From contig CAWJKZ010000026.1 in the NCBI GenBank assembly GCA_963843575.1, positions 96,001 to 160,000 on the forward strand: a DNA stretch of 64,000 nt. Reading direction: 5' to 3'. Position 1 is the first letter of the stretch. Each line of letters opens with the position of its first letter. This stretch comes from an uncultured Acidobacteriota bacterium (GTDB lineage Bacteria; Acidobacteriota; UBA6911). The position numbers and the translations under genes are program-made. A model generated the notes under the pieces. It saw only the letters and a program-made list of their open reading frames with translations, was not told where the DNA came from and did no database searches. Below, piece after piece: positions 39,722-49,415 of the stretch.

Positions 39722-42217
39722 CTATCTCACCACCACCCGGCCCTGGACCCGAATCCATCCCTCGGGGGCAGCCTCGGCTGAATCGCGAATTGCCCGGTAC
39801 TCGTAGACACCCTTCGGCGTGTCCCGGTCCACGAAAACCGTCGCACCGCCCGAGTCGTCGAGCCGCCATCCATAGAGGATGGGCATGAGCTTGCCGTCGA
39901 TGCTGTAGAGCACGTCGATGTAACGGGCGTCAAAGTCGATGACGCGCAGCGCGAGCGTGCTTTCCCCCGCGATGACCTCGGCGGGCGTCAACTCCAGCCG
40001 CACCCCCGGGATGGTGGCATAGCCTCCGATGACGGCGTCGGCGTCGGCCTCAGGCCGTTCGATGGGCCTCGGGTTGAAGTCGGTTCTCAGCTGCAGCGGG
40101 CCCTCTGAAAGATAGAGATAGTCCAGATGAAGCACCTGGTGTTCGGAGGTCGGCTGGACGCGTATTTCATGGCTTCCGGCAGAGATATCCCCAACCTCGA
40201 CTCCGCGCAGGTGCCAATCCGCCGAGCGCCAGCCGTAGCCGCCCGTCGGCTCCAGCATCAGCGCACCCACGTCGCGTCCATCCAACGAAATCCGGCACCC
40301 GTGCGGCCTGTCGGCGGCAAAGGCATACCGCAGGTAAAGCAGGACGTTGTGAATCGGGCGGTCCGGGGCGAAGCGGTACGTCGCGAAATCGCTCGCCCGC
40401 TGGCCCCAGGAGAATCCCAGCAATTCTCCTCGCGATGCGCCCTTCATCCTTTCCAGGCCGCCACCCGAACGAGCGTCCCAGGTCTCGGCCTCCCGGAGGT
40501 AGAATGCCCGTCCCCGGGCGACGTGATCGGCGAGCTCCGGCTGGACGGTTTCATAGGCGACCGCAAGGGGTACCCCGTCCCGCTGGTAGAAGGTCGCCAT
40601 GCGCCGCGCGCCGACGGAGTAGTTTCGAAGGGCGGCTTTGAAGAGGTCGTACGTGTGCAGGGTCTCGAATCTCGGCACATGGAACAGCAGGACATTTCCG
40701 GGATTCATCAAATACGGGACCAGAGCCGCAATCTTTTCGGCGTTCGTCGGTAGGTAATTCAGTTCCGCGAAGACCTCCTTCTGGGCGACCTTTCCGTGCG
40801 TCAGGACTGAGAGTTGCGATCCGAATCCCCAGTCCATCAGGGCGAAGTAGCGGTCGGGGTGTCGAGAGGCAAAATCCGCCACCCGGTATATGGCATCCGA
40901 CCAGTTTCCCCGGCCGCCCAGGATCTCGAAAGATTTCAGGTATGCAGTTCCGAGCGCGAACTCGGCGAGAAGAAACGGGCCGGCGACGACCCCGGCGACG
41001 ATCCGGGCTCGCGTCGCGCCCGGACCGATCACCTCACGGATGGCGCAGATCAACTGCCACAGCCCGAGCGCCGTCAGCATGTGGGTAAACGGGAAAATCA
41101 TCACGGCGTGGTGGGGTCCTGTCGCCTGGGCAGTGACGAGGATGAACAGGCAGAGAAAGGCCAGCAGCAGTACCAGGAACAAAACCTTCCTGGGGTCTGC
41201 GAGCCTTCCGCGTGTGCGCCGAATTCCGATGGCCAGGAGGGCGACGAGCAGACCGTAGAGATTCCAGTCCCTGTCGAGGGGAATCGCACGCGGCAGCCAG
41301 TCGAGGAACCGCCCCGCCTCTCCCGCGGAGTCGCGCGACATGAGCCGGGCAATCTCGCCCGGGCCGGGCTGGTGCACCAGGTCCTGGATCGCTCTCCCGT
41401 CCACCGTCCGCTGGAAGAGCTCGCCGCGAGAGGCGAGTGATCCGGGTCCGGGAGTTCGGAGCAGCGATTGTTTCTCAAAGGTCCGAAGCGGGTAGACGAT
41501 GTTGAATGCGACGAGCGGGGCGCACCCCAGCACGAAGAAGATCGCGGCGACCGCTGCGTTCGCGGGCCGGACCAGTGCCCGGAACTTCGCCGGGCAGCAC
41601 GCCAGTCCGGCCGCTGTGAGTGCGGCGATGAACCACACGAAAACGATCTTGTCGTAGAGGCCGAGCCCAAGCAGGAAGGCCCCGGCCCCCAGCAACACGC
41701 GGCTCCCCTTTGCAGCCCAGCGCCAGAGGTAGTAGAGCGAGGCCATCTTGAGCGCCGTCCCGAGCGCCACGGGTCCCCAGTCCAGCTTATTGGAGAAGAT
41801 GAATGAGGGGTCCAACGCGAGCAGCAGCAGACACAGCCGCGCGGAGGCGGTTCCCAGCAAGTCGCGCGCGACCCGGAAGGTGAATCCTAGTGTCACGACT
41901 CCGACGAGAACCACCGGGAGCCGCACGCTCCAGACACCGCTTCCGAATAACGCGAAAACCGCGGCGTAGAGGTGCGCTTTCAGCGCCCCGAGATACCCCA
42001 TGAGCATTAGCGGTATGTGGACGCCGCCAACGTCGAGCTGCCACTCGAGAAACGCCCCCTGCGTTCCGCCCAGGGCTGCGTTCGCGAAGAGCACCTCATC
42101 GTATTGAAGGCCCGGGAGCGGCAGGAAGGTGAGGGCAAAGAACAGGTACAGAACGGTTGCGAGGATCGGCGCCCACTGGGAGCTGATGCGAGTGAAAGGT
42201 GAAGCAGACCGCCGCAT
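39722..42217 (-). CDS. ArnT/PMT-like GT-C glycosyltransferase with CBM-like and C-terminal beta domains
   Basis: YDE motif, VWSVRLP, GLGLYDK, many TM helices; REAE...DYLYL CBM6/35-like segment. Confidence 0.78.
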   Translation of the reverse strand: MRRSASPFTRISSQWAPILATVLYLFFALTFLPLPGLQYDEVLFANAALGGTQGAFLEWQLDVGGVHIPLMLMGYLGALKAHLYAAVFALFGSGVWSVRLPVVLVGVVTLGFTFRVARDLLGTASARLCLLLLALDPSFIFSNKLDWGPVALGTALKMASLYYLWRWAAKGSRVLLGAGAFLLGLGLYDKIVFVWFIAALTAAGLACCPAKFRALVRPANAAVAAIFFVLGCAPLVAFNIVYPLRTFEKQSLLRTPGPGSLASRGELFQRTVDGRAIQDLVHQPGPGEIARLMSRDSAGEAGRFLDWLPRAIPLDRDWNLYGLLVALLAIGIRRTRGRLADPRKVLFLVLLLAFLCLFILVTAQATGPHHAVMIFPFTHMLTALGLWQLICAIREVIGPGATRARIVAGVVAGPFLLAEFALGTAYLKSFEILGGRGNWSDAIYRVADFASRHPDRYFALMDWGFGSQLSVLTHGKVAQKEVFAELNYLPTNAEKIAALVPYLMNPGNVLLFHVPRFETLHTYDLFKAALRNYSVGARRMATFYQRDGVPLAVAYETVQPELADHVARGRAFYLREAETWDARSGGGLERMKGASRGELLGFSWGQRASDFATYRFAPDRPIHNVLLYLRYAFAADRPHGCRISLDGRDVGALMLEPTGGYGWRSADWHLRGVEVGDISAGSHEIRVQPTSEHQVLHLDYLYLSEGPLQLRTDFNPRPIERPEADADAVIGGYATIPGVRLELTPAEVIAGESTLALRVIDFDARYIDVLYSIDGKLMPILYGWRLDDSGGATVFVDRDTPKGVYEYRAIRDSAEAAPEGWIRVQGRVVVR

Positions 42218-42290
42218 TGGCAAAACCCGTGACGTATTTTTCAGGACGCAGAACAACACGGGCAATGAAAGACAAAAGCCAAAACAGAAC

Positions 42291-42365
42291 GCAGATTCCG
42301 CGGATCCAACGGATTCACGCGGCCTGTCGCTAGGTCGATCCGTGGGGATCCGCGCGAATCCGCGT
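42291..42365. repeat. Intergenic inverted repeat built from short tandem units (REP-like)
   Basis: GCAGATTCC-GCGGATCCA-ACGGATTCA-CGCGG ... ATCCGTGGGG-ATCCGCGCGA-ATCCGCG. Confidence 0.55.
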
Positions 42366-42403
42366 ACTGAAAAATACGTTAACGTATTCGTGAACATCAG
42401 TAC

Positions 42404-44641
42404 TTAGTGAACTCGTCCCCTCTTCCCGCCTGCCCAGCAGGCTGCTGCCAGGAGAAGGGTTCCCAAAACCGCAAGGCCCGTTAGGGCTGCGCCGGTTAAG
42501 ACAGACCGGGGGGCGTACCGCATGACGATCCGGCTCTGGCCTCCCGGCACCAGGACGCCGCGCAACAGTCCATTCACCTTGTAGATCGTCGCCGGGGAGC
42601 CGTTGACGGTGGCCTGCCATCCCGGAAAGTGCATTTCGCTGAGGACAAGGAGCCCGCGGCTGCCGGCGCGGACCGCGAGTTCGAGTCGATCCGCCCGGTA
42701 TCGCTCGAACTGCACTTCCTCGTGAGAATCGAGCGCTCTGGACTCCAGCGCCGCCTCGAGTGGTTCGCTGACCACCGCGGTGTTGAGTCCGTCGAAGTCC
42801 GGGGACTGGAGGAGACTGAAGACACGATCCTTGGAGGATTCGCTGATCGCCTGGTGAACGACCCAGCCCCGGGGATAACCGCCCGCGTTCTCGTAGACCT
42901 TCCACTGATCGTCGGTGTACACGGGACCGGGTTCGCCGGAGTTGCTGCTTTTGACGACGTACCGCACGTTCAGGTAGTCGTAGGCGCGCGGCACCGTCGT
43001 CCTGAACCTGAGAAAATCGGCCAATTCCGTCGCCGTCGTCCCTTCGGTCGTCTGGACCCCGAAAAGATCTCCGATATTCAGTGGGCCGGGAAGCTCCAGG
43101 TGGACCCTGAAGAGGCCCGGTCTGTTCTTCAGGAACTCGGCCATGTTCCGGCTGTGCAGCAGGGTAGCGAGATAATCCCCACCGGCCTTCTGTGCCCGCG
43201 CCCTGTTCTGTACGATCCAGTAGAAACCGTTCAGATCGAAGAGGACCAGCGATACGAGGACGATCCGCGCGGCCGTGGAGACAGGCGCCCGGGCCAGGTA
43301 AATGAACAGGCCCGAGCTCGAGATGATCAGCAGGAAGGAGAGGTATATCCAGTCGTTTACCTCGGGCTTGCCGTAGACGGCCGGCACCAGCAGGGCGGCC
43401 GCCACAGCGGCGATGGCCCACTTGAGGGCTTTGACGCAGGCGCCGACTCCGGGCGACGTCTCCTTGGACAGCAGCGCCTGCAAGCCGAATCCCGCCAGCA
43501 GAGCCAGGGAAAAATGCGCCAGGTAGATGAAACGCGCCGCACCCCGGGCCACCCACAGGAAAGGGACGAGCGCGTAGGCGAGTCCGTGCAGCAGCGAGTA
43601 CGCGCCGAGGCTGTAGCCGAACGCAAGGACCGCGACCACGGTCAGGAACCGCACCCACCTGTCGCCCCACTTCTGCCAGATGCCGAAAGCAGCGAGCATG
43701 AGGGGCAAGACCCCGAAGTAAAGCGAGAAACCCTCGCCTCCGACAGAACCTCCGAAAGCAGTGGGAAACAGCAGGGTGGCGAGAGACCGGACCTGGAATT
43801 CGTCGTGCAGGTCGGCATACGGGATCTTCACGGTCGCGGGCACCGGGGCATCCGCGCCGATGTGGCGTACCGCGAGCGGGCTGTATTCGATAGAGGGGAG
43901 AAGCTGGATCGCTCCCAGGCAAAAAGCGAAAAGGCCGACGACGGCGACCACGGCAATCGAACGAATCCAGCGGGACAGGGAGCGCGGCTTCTCGCAGGCG
44001 ACATAGGCCGCAGCCGCTGCGACGGCCGCCCCGTCCATTATTACGATGTGGATGCGCCCGGCGAGAATGGCCATCCCCAGCGCGACGCCTGAAAGACACG
44101 CAAACAGGGCGACCCAGCGGGCCCCCGACGTACGTAGGGCCCGGAGCAAGAACAGGATTACGAGCGGCAACCATATTCCGCTGTCGAGCATGTCCGGCCA
44201 CGGCAGCTTTGCCAGGAATCCCGCCAGGGAAAAGCAGAGCGAAGACACGAAGGCGGCGAACGGCCCGAGCCCCAATTCCCTGGCGAGCAGGAAGAGAAAG
44301 CACGCGGCCAGGATGTGCGTGAGAACGTAATAATCGTGAAAGAGCTTCGGGGATAAGAGGCCCGAGCGATTCAGGGGCCAGGCATAAAGCAGCATTTTCG
44401 GCGGGTAAAAGAGGCCCGTCTCCATTCCACCAACGAAGGTCCGCCCGGCATGGGTGTAGGGATCCCACAACGGCACGATCCCCTGGTGAAAGGCAGCCGA
44501 AGAAAAATGGTACCAGGCATAGGCCTGGTTGGCCTGTTCCTGCTGCATCAGGACGGAGAATTGCTGGGTGAGAGTGATCTTCCAGAAAAACAAGACCGTG
44601 ACGGCGAAGATCAGGGACATCCACTTCAAGTTGGTCTTCAT
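42404..44641 (-). CDS. YfhO-family GT-C glycosyltransferase
   Basis: PLWDPYTHAG...LFYPP, QLLPSIE, LSEMHFPGWQATVNG. Confidence 0.88.
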   Translation of the reverse strand: MKTNLKWMSLIFAVTVLFFWKITLTQQFSVLMQQEQANQAYAWYHFSSAAFHQGIVPLWDPYTHAGRTFVGGMETGLFYPPKMLLYAWPLNRSGLLSPKLFHDYYVLTHILAACFLFLLARELGLGPFAAFVSSLCFSLAGFLAKLPWPDMLDSGIWLPLVILFLLRALRTSGARWVALFACLSGVALGMAILAGRIHIVIMDGAAVAAAAAYVACEKPRSLSRWIRSIAVVAVVGLFAFCLGAIQLLPSIEYSPLAVRHIGADAPVPATVKIPYADLHDEFQVRSLATLLFPTAFGGSVGGEGFSLYFGVLPLMLAAFGIWQKWGDRWVRFLTVVAVLAFGYSLGAYSLLHGLAYALVPFLWVARGAARFIYLAHFSLALLAGFGLQALLSKETSPGVGACVKALKWAIAAVAAALLVPAVYGKPEVNDWIYLSFLLIISSSGLFIYLARAPVSTAARIVLVSLVLFDLNGFYWIVQNRARAQKAGGDYLATLLHSRNMAEFLKNRPGLFRVHLELPGPLNIGDLFGVQTTEGTTATELADFLRFRTTVPRAYDYLNVRYVVKSSNSGEPGPVYTDDQWKVYENAGGYPRGWVVHQAISESSKDRVFSLLQSPDFDGLNTAVVSEPLEAALESRALDSHEEVQFERYRADRLELAVRAGSRGLLVLSEMHFPGWQATVNGSPATIYKVNGLLRGVLVPGGQSRIVMRYAPRSVLTGAALTGLAVLGTLLLAAACWAGGKRGRVH

Positions 44642-44809
44642 GATTCCTTGGACTTGCAGCAGAGCTTCCGGCAACGACGGCTGTCCTACTGGGCAGCCTC
44701 GAACTGTATACCAGCGGCAGCCGGCGATGCAAGGCGGTGCCGGAGTGGGCACGCAGATCGCACTGTTTTGCGCTGCCTCGATAACTGGAAGCAGCAGAAT
44801 GCCTTGCGC

Positions 44810-44838
44810 TTGACAACCCCGGAGGTGGGTTGTAGGTT
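44810..44838 (+). promoter_or_regulatory. Putative sigma70 promoter of fhs
   Basis: TTGACA-17 bp-TAGGTT about 70 bp before the GTG start. Confidence 0.55.
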
Positions 44839-44909
44839 GAGGGCGCACTTGCCTGATGTGCTGGTGCTCCGCATGTGCGTCTGCTTTTGAATTTCCACAG
44901 GAGCCTACC

Positions 44910-46674
44910 GTGGCCTACGACGCGACCAGGATACCGGATTGGCAGATTGCCCAGGCTGTCGAGAAGAACATGCCCACTCCGGAGGAGTGGAGGCAGAAGC
45001 TGGGCCTCGAGAAGGACGAAGTCATCCCGATGGGGAAGGTGTGCAAGCTCGACTTCCTCAAAATCATCAACCGGCTGGGGAACAGGCCGAACGGAAAGTA
45101 CATCGAGGTCACCGCCATCACGCCGACGCCGCTCGGAGAGGGGAAGACCACCACGTCGCTTGGACTCATCCAGGGCCTCGGAAAGAGAGGGAAGAACGTG
45201 GGGGGCTGTTTGAGGCAGCCTTCGGGGGGGCCCACCATGAACATCAAAGGGACGGCGGCCGGAGGCGGAAACGCTTTGCTGATCCCGATGACCGAGTTTT
45301 CGATGGGGCTCACCGGGGACATGAACGAAGTCGTCAACGCCCACAACCTCGCCATGGTGGCGCTCACGGCCAGGATGCAGCACGAACGCAACTACGACGA
45401 CGAGCAGCTCCGGAAGCTGACCCGCATGCGCCGCCTCGATGTCGACCCGACCCGCGTGGAGTTCGGGTGGATCATGGACTTTTGCGCCCAAGCCCTGCGC
45501 AGCATCATCATCGGGATCGGGGGCCGGAATGACGGCTACATGATGAAGTCCCAGTTCAACATCGCACCGAGTTCCGAACTCATGGCGATCCTGGCAGTGG
45601 TGTGCGACCTAGCGGATCTGCGCACGCGCCTGGGCGAAATCACGGTGGCATTCGACCGGAAGGGGAATCCCGTTACCACCTCCGACCTGGAAGTCGCCGG
45701 CGCGATGTGCGCGTGGATGCGCAACACCATAAACCCGACGCTGTGCAGCACGGCGGAATATCAGCCGTGCATGGTGCACGCGGGTCCGTTTGCCAACATT
45801 GCCGTGGGCCAGTCGTCGGTCATAGGGGACCGGGTCGGGCTCAAGCTGTTCGACTATCACGTGACCGAGAGCGGGTTCGGGGCCGATATCGGGTTCGAGA
45901 AGTTCTGGAATGTCAAGTCGAGGTACAGCGGCTTGAAGCCGCACGTCTCCGTGCTGACGGCCACGATCCGTGCTCTGAAGATGCACGGGGGCGGCCCCAC
46001 CGTCACCGCGGGACTGACGCTCCCGGAGAACTACACCCGCGAAAACCTGGCCCTGGTCGAGAAGGGGCTCGGCAACCTCGTCCACCATATCGGGATCATC
46101 CGCCGTTCCGGCATGAACCCGGTGGTCTGCCTGAACGCATTTCACACCGACACGCGGGAAGAGATCAAACTGGTCCGCGGTGCCGCCGAGGCGGCAGGAG
46201 CCCGCTTTGCCCTGTCCGAGCACTGGAGCAAAGGGGGTGACGGTGCGCTCGACCTGGCCGACGCGGTTGCGGACGCGTGCCGCGAAGAGAGCGACGTGCG
46301 CTTCCTCTATCCGCTCGAGACAAAGCTGCGCGAGCGCGTCGAGATCATCGCGCGTGAAGTGTACGGGGCCGACGGCGTGTCGTGGACGCAGGAGGCGCTG
46401 GCCAAGGCCAAGATGTTCGAGTCCAACCCGAAGTACGATGAGTACGCCACCCTGATGGTCAAAACGCACCTGAGCCTGAGCCATGACCCTGTCCTCAAGG
46501 GCGTGCCGAAAGAACTGGGTCCTGCCCATCCGTGACGTTCTGATTTTCTCGGGTGCACGATTCCTGTGCCCGTGTGCCGGATCGATCAGCCTGATGCCCG
46601 GGACGGGTTCAAACCCCGGTTTTCGCCGCGTGGACGTCGACGTGAAGACCGGGGAGGTGATGGGCCTCTTCTAG
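44910..46674 (+). CDS. fhs: Formate--tetrahydrofolate ligase, one frameshift near 46510
   Basis: [52 protein letters not shown]; C-terminal LMPG...GLF in the next frame. Confidence 0.93.
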
Positions 46675-46774
46675 GCCGGGTTGAACGAGGAGGCCGGCCA
46701 CGGAGTCCCGGTGCGGTTCCTCCTTGGGGGCGGATTGTTCCGGCTGGTTGCGTTGTGCTAGGCTGTCGCCGTTT

Positions 46775-47572
46775 ATGGCAAGGCGTCTCACTGTCGACAT
46801 CGTTATCCCGGTCTACAACGAGGAGGCGGCAATCCGCCCGTGTGTCGAGCGGTTGAGCCAGTTCCTCGCCGAAGAATTTCAGCACCCATGGCAGATTATC
46901 ATCGCCAACAACGGTTCCACTGACCGCACCCTGGGGGTGGCCAGGGAAATTAGCGCTGCGGACAGGCGCGTGCGCGTGCTTGACCTGGACCGCAAGGGCC
47001 GAGGCTTGGCGCTGCGCAGGGCGTGGGGGGAGAGTTCCGCCGACGTGGTCAGCTACATGGACGTGGACCTGTCGACGAACCTGCGTTACTTCCCACTGCT
47101 CGTCGAGGGCCTGCGCTGCGGGTACGACATAGCGGTCGGGTCGCGCCTTATGCAGGCGTCGATCGTGGCGCGCCGGTTGAAACGCGAGGTGCTCTCGAGG
47201 GGTTTCAACTTTCTGATCCGCATGCTGTTCCGGACGCGCTTTTCCGATGCCCAGTGCGGTTTCAAGGCCCTCCGTCGCCAGGCGGCACAACTGTTGTTGC
47301 CGCACGTCCTCAACAACAGTTGGTTCTTCGACGCCGAGCTTCTGATCCTCGCCGAGAAGAACAGTTTCCGCATATTCGAGGCACCGGTGGAGTGGATGGA
47401 AGACCTCGACAGCCGCGTACACCTGCAGGCGACCGCGGTCGAGGACCTGCGCGGGCTTGCGCGCATGCGGACCCGCCGCCTGAAACTCGAACTGCCGCCG
47501 CGCGAAGACTCCTTCGGCTCGATGCAGACAACGCGCACGCTGGGAAGCCCCGCCCGCCGGGCGGCGGACTGA
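46775..47572 (+). CDS. GT2 polyprenol-phosphate glycosyltransferase (DPG/DPM synthase-like)
   Basis: VIPVYNEE, NGSTD, MDVDLS, DAQCGFKA, WFFDAELL. Confidence 0.9.
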   Translation: MARRLTVDIVIPVYNEEAAIRPCVERLSQFLAEEFQHPWQIIIANNGSTDRTLGVAREISAADRRVRVLDLDRKGRGLALRRAWGESSADVVSYMDVDLSTNLRYFPLLVEGLRCGYDIAVGSRLMQASIVARRLKREVLSRGFNFLIRMLFRTRFSDAQCGFKALRRQAAQLLLPHVLNNSWFFDAELLILAEKNSFRIFEAPVEWMEDLDSRVHLQATAVEDLRGLARMRTRRLKLELPPREDSFGSMQTTRTLGSPARRAAD

Positions 47573-47584
47573 GGGACGCCGAAT

Positions 47585-48190
47585 ATGTCGCTCCTCCGGC
47601 TGAAGGACCGGTTCCTGGCCAACCCTTGGGTTTACGACCACCTCCGACCCCTGGTCGTCGGCGGCATCGATCACGCGGAACTCGCCCGTTTCTGCGGCGT
47701 GGGGCCCGACGACCGGGTCTTCGATCTGGGGTGCGGAACGGGCCAGTTGGTGCCCCATATCACGTGCGCGGAGTACCTGGGCGCCGACCTGGACGAGGAG
47801 GCGCTGAAGAGGGCCGCACGCTACGCCTCCGCGGGCGTCCGGTTCATCCACGGAGACCAGTGGGATTCGGCGCTGGGCGTGCTGCGGCCGACAGTCGTCC
47901 TGATGATCGGCGTCGTCCACCATCTGGCCGACGGCGACTTCCACTCGCTCATCGACAGGTTGCGCCGGCAGGGAAGCGTGCGTCGTATCGTCACGCTCGA
48001 TGTCTCCTACCTCCCAGGCGAACCGGTCAACAACCTGTTCAGCCGGCTGGACAGGGGCCGCCACGTGCGCTCCCCGGAGCGGTACGAAGCGTTGTTCCGG
48101 GAGGGAGCCCTGCGCATCACCGTGCGCAAGACCCTTGCGACCCGGCTGCGCTACGTGCACTACATCGGATACCACCTCTCGATAGAATAA
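47585..48190 (+). CDS. Class I SAM-dependent methyltransferase
   Basis: FDLGCGTG, GADLD, GVVHHL. Confidence 0.85.
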   Translation: MSLLRLKDRFLANPWVYDHLRPLVVGGIDHAELARFCGVGPDDRVFDLGCGTGQLVPHITCAEYLGADLDEEALKRAARYASAGVRFIHGDQWDSALGVLRPTVVLMIGVVHHLADGDFHSLIDRLRRQGSVRRIVTLDVSYLPGEPVNNLFSRLDRGRHVRSPERYEALFREGALRITVRKTLATRLRYVHYIGYHLSIE

Positions 48191-48253
48191 GCACGCCCAA
48201 GCCTGATGCGGGCGGCCTGCGGAAACACTCGCTCAGGGAGCACCAGGTCTGCC

Positions 48254-48269
48254 AAGGGAAATGTTCCCC
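48254..48269 (-). promoter_or_regulatory. Candidate upstream activator site
   Basis: Reverse complement GGGGAACATTTCCCTT. Confidence 0.55.
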
Positions 48270-48335
48270 GTAACCTGTGCCTGCCGGAGGTGCCCCCTGA
48301 CGCCGGATCGTTAACCCGCCGCTAGTTACCGCGCA

Positions 48336-48351
48336 TGGCATGACGATTGCC
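48336..48351 (+). promoter_or_regulatory. Sigma54 -24/-12 promoter
   Basis: TGGCATGACGATTGCC. Confidence 0.75.
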
Positions 48352-48399
48352 TTCAGCTTTTGAGAGTAAGTGGGTAATTCAATCAGGTAAGGAGGCAGT

Positions 48400-49224
48400 A
48401 TGTTTTGCAGAACAGGAATCGTCCTTTCCGCCTTGGCGCTCGGGTTGACCCTTGCGGTACCGCAGGCGAACGCCGACGTGTGGAACAAGAAAACTGTCAT
48501 TACCGTTCGGGAAACATTGCGAATCCCGACGACAACCCTGCAGCCCGGCAAGTACGTTCTGAAACTGGCGGAATCGGCTTCGAACCGCCATATAGTCCAG
48601 ATTTTCAACGAAGACGAGTCCCAGGTGCTTGCGACGATCCTGGCGATTCCCAATGAACGACTGGAGCCGACCGGCGATACCGTGCTCGAGTTGTGGGAAA
48701 CACCCAAGGGAGAGGCCCGGGCGCTTCGGGCGTGGTTCTACCCAGGCGACAGCTTCGGCCAGGAGTTCGCGTACCCGAAAGCCGAAGCGACGGCTTTGAC
48801 GGCTGAAGTCCACCAGGAAGTCCCTGCGCTTTCGGCGGAAGACGAGGCAGCCCTTGCCAGTCGGTCGACGAACTCCTCCGGATCCGAGGTCGCGGCGAAC
48901 CGCCCGGAAACCGCTGCCCCGGCGCAACCCTCCGCCCTGGACGACAGCACTCGCGAGATGGCGAGGACCGACAACGAAAGCACTCCGCCGCCGGCTCCCG
49001 AGACCCACAGCTCGGCGAGTGACATGTCGTCCAGTTCTTCCGACCAATCCGCCAGCGAAAAACAGGACAGCTCGGGTATGGCGACAGAGGAAACCTCCGG
49101 AGCACATTCCGCATACGCCGGGAGTGAGCTCCCCCGTACCGCGAGCTTTCTCCCCCTTCTCGGCCTGACCGGCCTTTTGGCCGTCGGCGCCGCCACGGTC
49201 CTGCGTGCAGCATCGGGCCGTTAA
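48400..49224 (+). CDS. Secreted protein with LPxTG-like C-terminal sorting signal
   Basis: AAGGAGG RBS, signal peptide, AWFYPGDSFGQEFAYPK domain, Ser/Ala linker, LPRTAS plus hydrophobic helix plus basic tail. Confidence 0.8.
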   Translation: MFCRTGIVLSALALGLTLAVPQANADVWNKKTVITVRETLRIPTTTLQPGKYVLKLAESASNRHIVQIFNEDESQVLATILAIPNERLEPTGDTVLELWETPKGEARALRAWFYPGDSFGQEFAYPKAEATALTAEVHQEVPALSAEDEAALASRSTNSSGSEVAANRPETAAPAQPSALDDSTREMARTDNESTPPPAPETHSSASDMSSSSSDQSASEKQDSSGMATEETSGAHSAYAGSELPRTASFLPLLGLTGLLAVGAATVLRAASGR

Positions 49225-49415
49225 TCCCCCCGGGTCTCGGGAACGGGAGCGGGCACCCGCACCCGCGGAGCCGCAATCCCTTTCCTGGCGTGCCTTTCAG
49301 GCCAGGAGGCCGGGTCGGATACCCTGGTGCTCCTGCCCATCCTCGAGTAATATTACAGGGGGAGGCGTTGCTTCCTGGCGCCCCCCCATCTGAATTCCAG
49401 GCTGTTCACCCCGTA

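Noticed and set aside
44679-44698. GGCTGTCCTACTGGGCAGCC as part of a ZTP riboswitch upstream of fhs
   Set aside because: Only a simple hairpin; the 5' GACTGGCG/GTGG-CCAC domain is missing, and it lies upstream of the predicted fhs promoter
42330-45491. 1053-aa minus-strand ORF and other long alternative-frame ORFs (e.g. 46586..48175, 38308..39693)
   Set aside because: Shadow ORFs overlapping well-supported genes; typical of high-GC DNA, Arg/Pro/Gly-rich and without motifs
49225-49415. Possible sortase remnant between the LPxTAS and VWA genes
   Set aside because: No TLxTC motif in any frame I read; the resemblance is too weak
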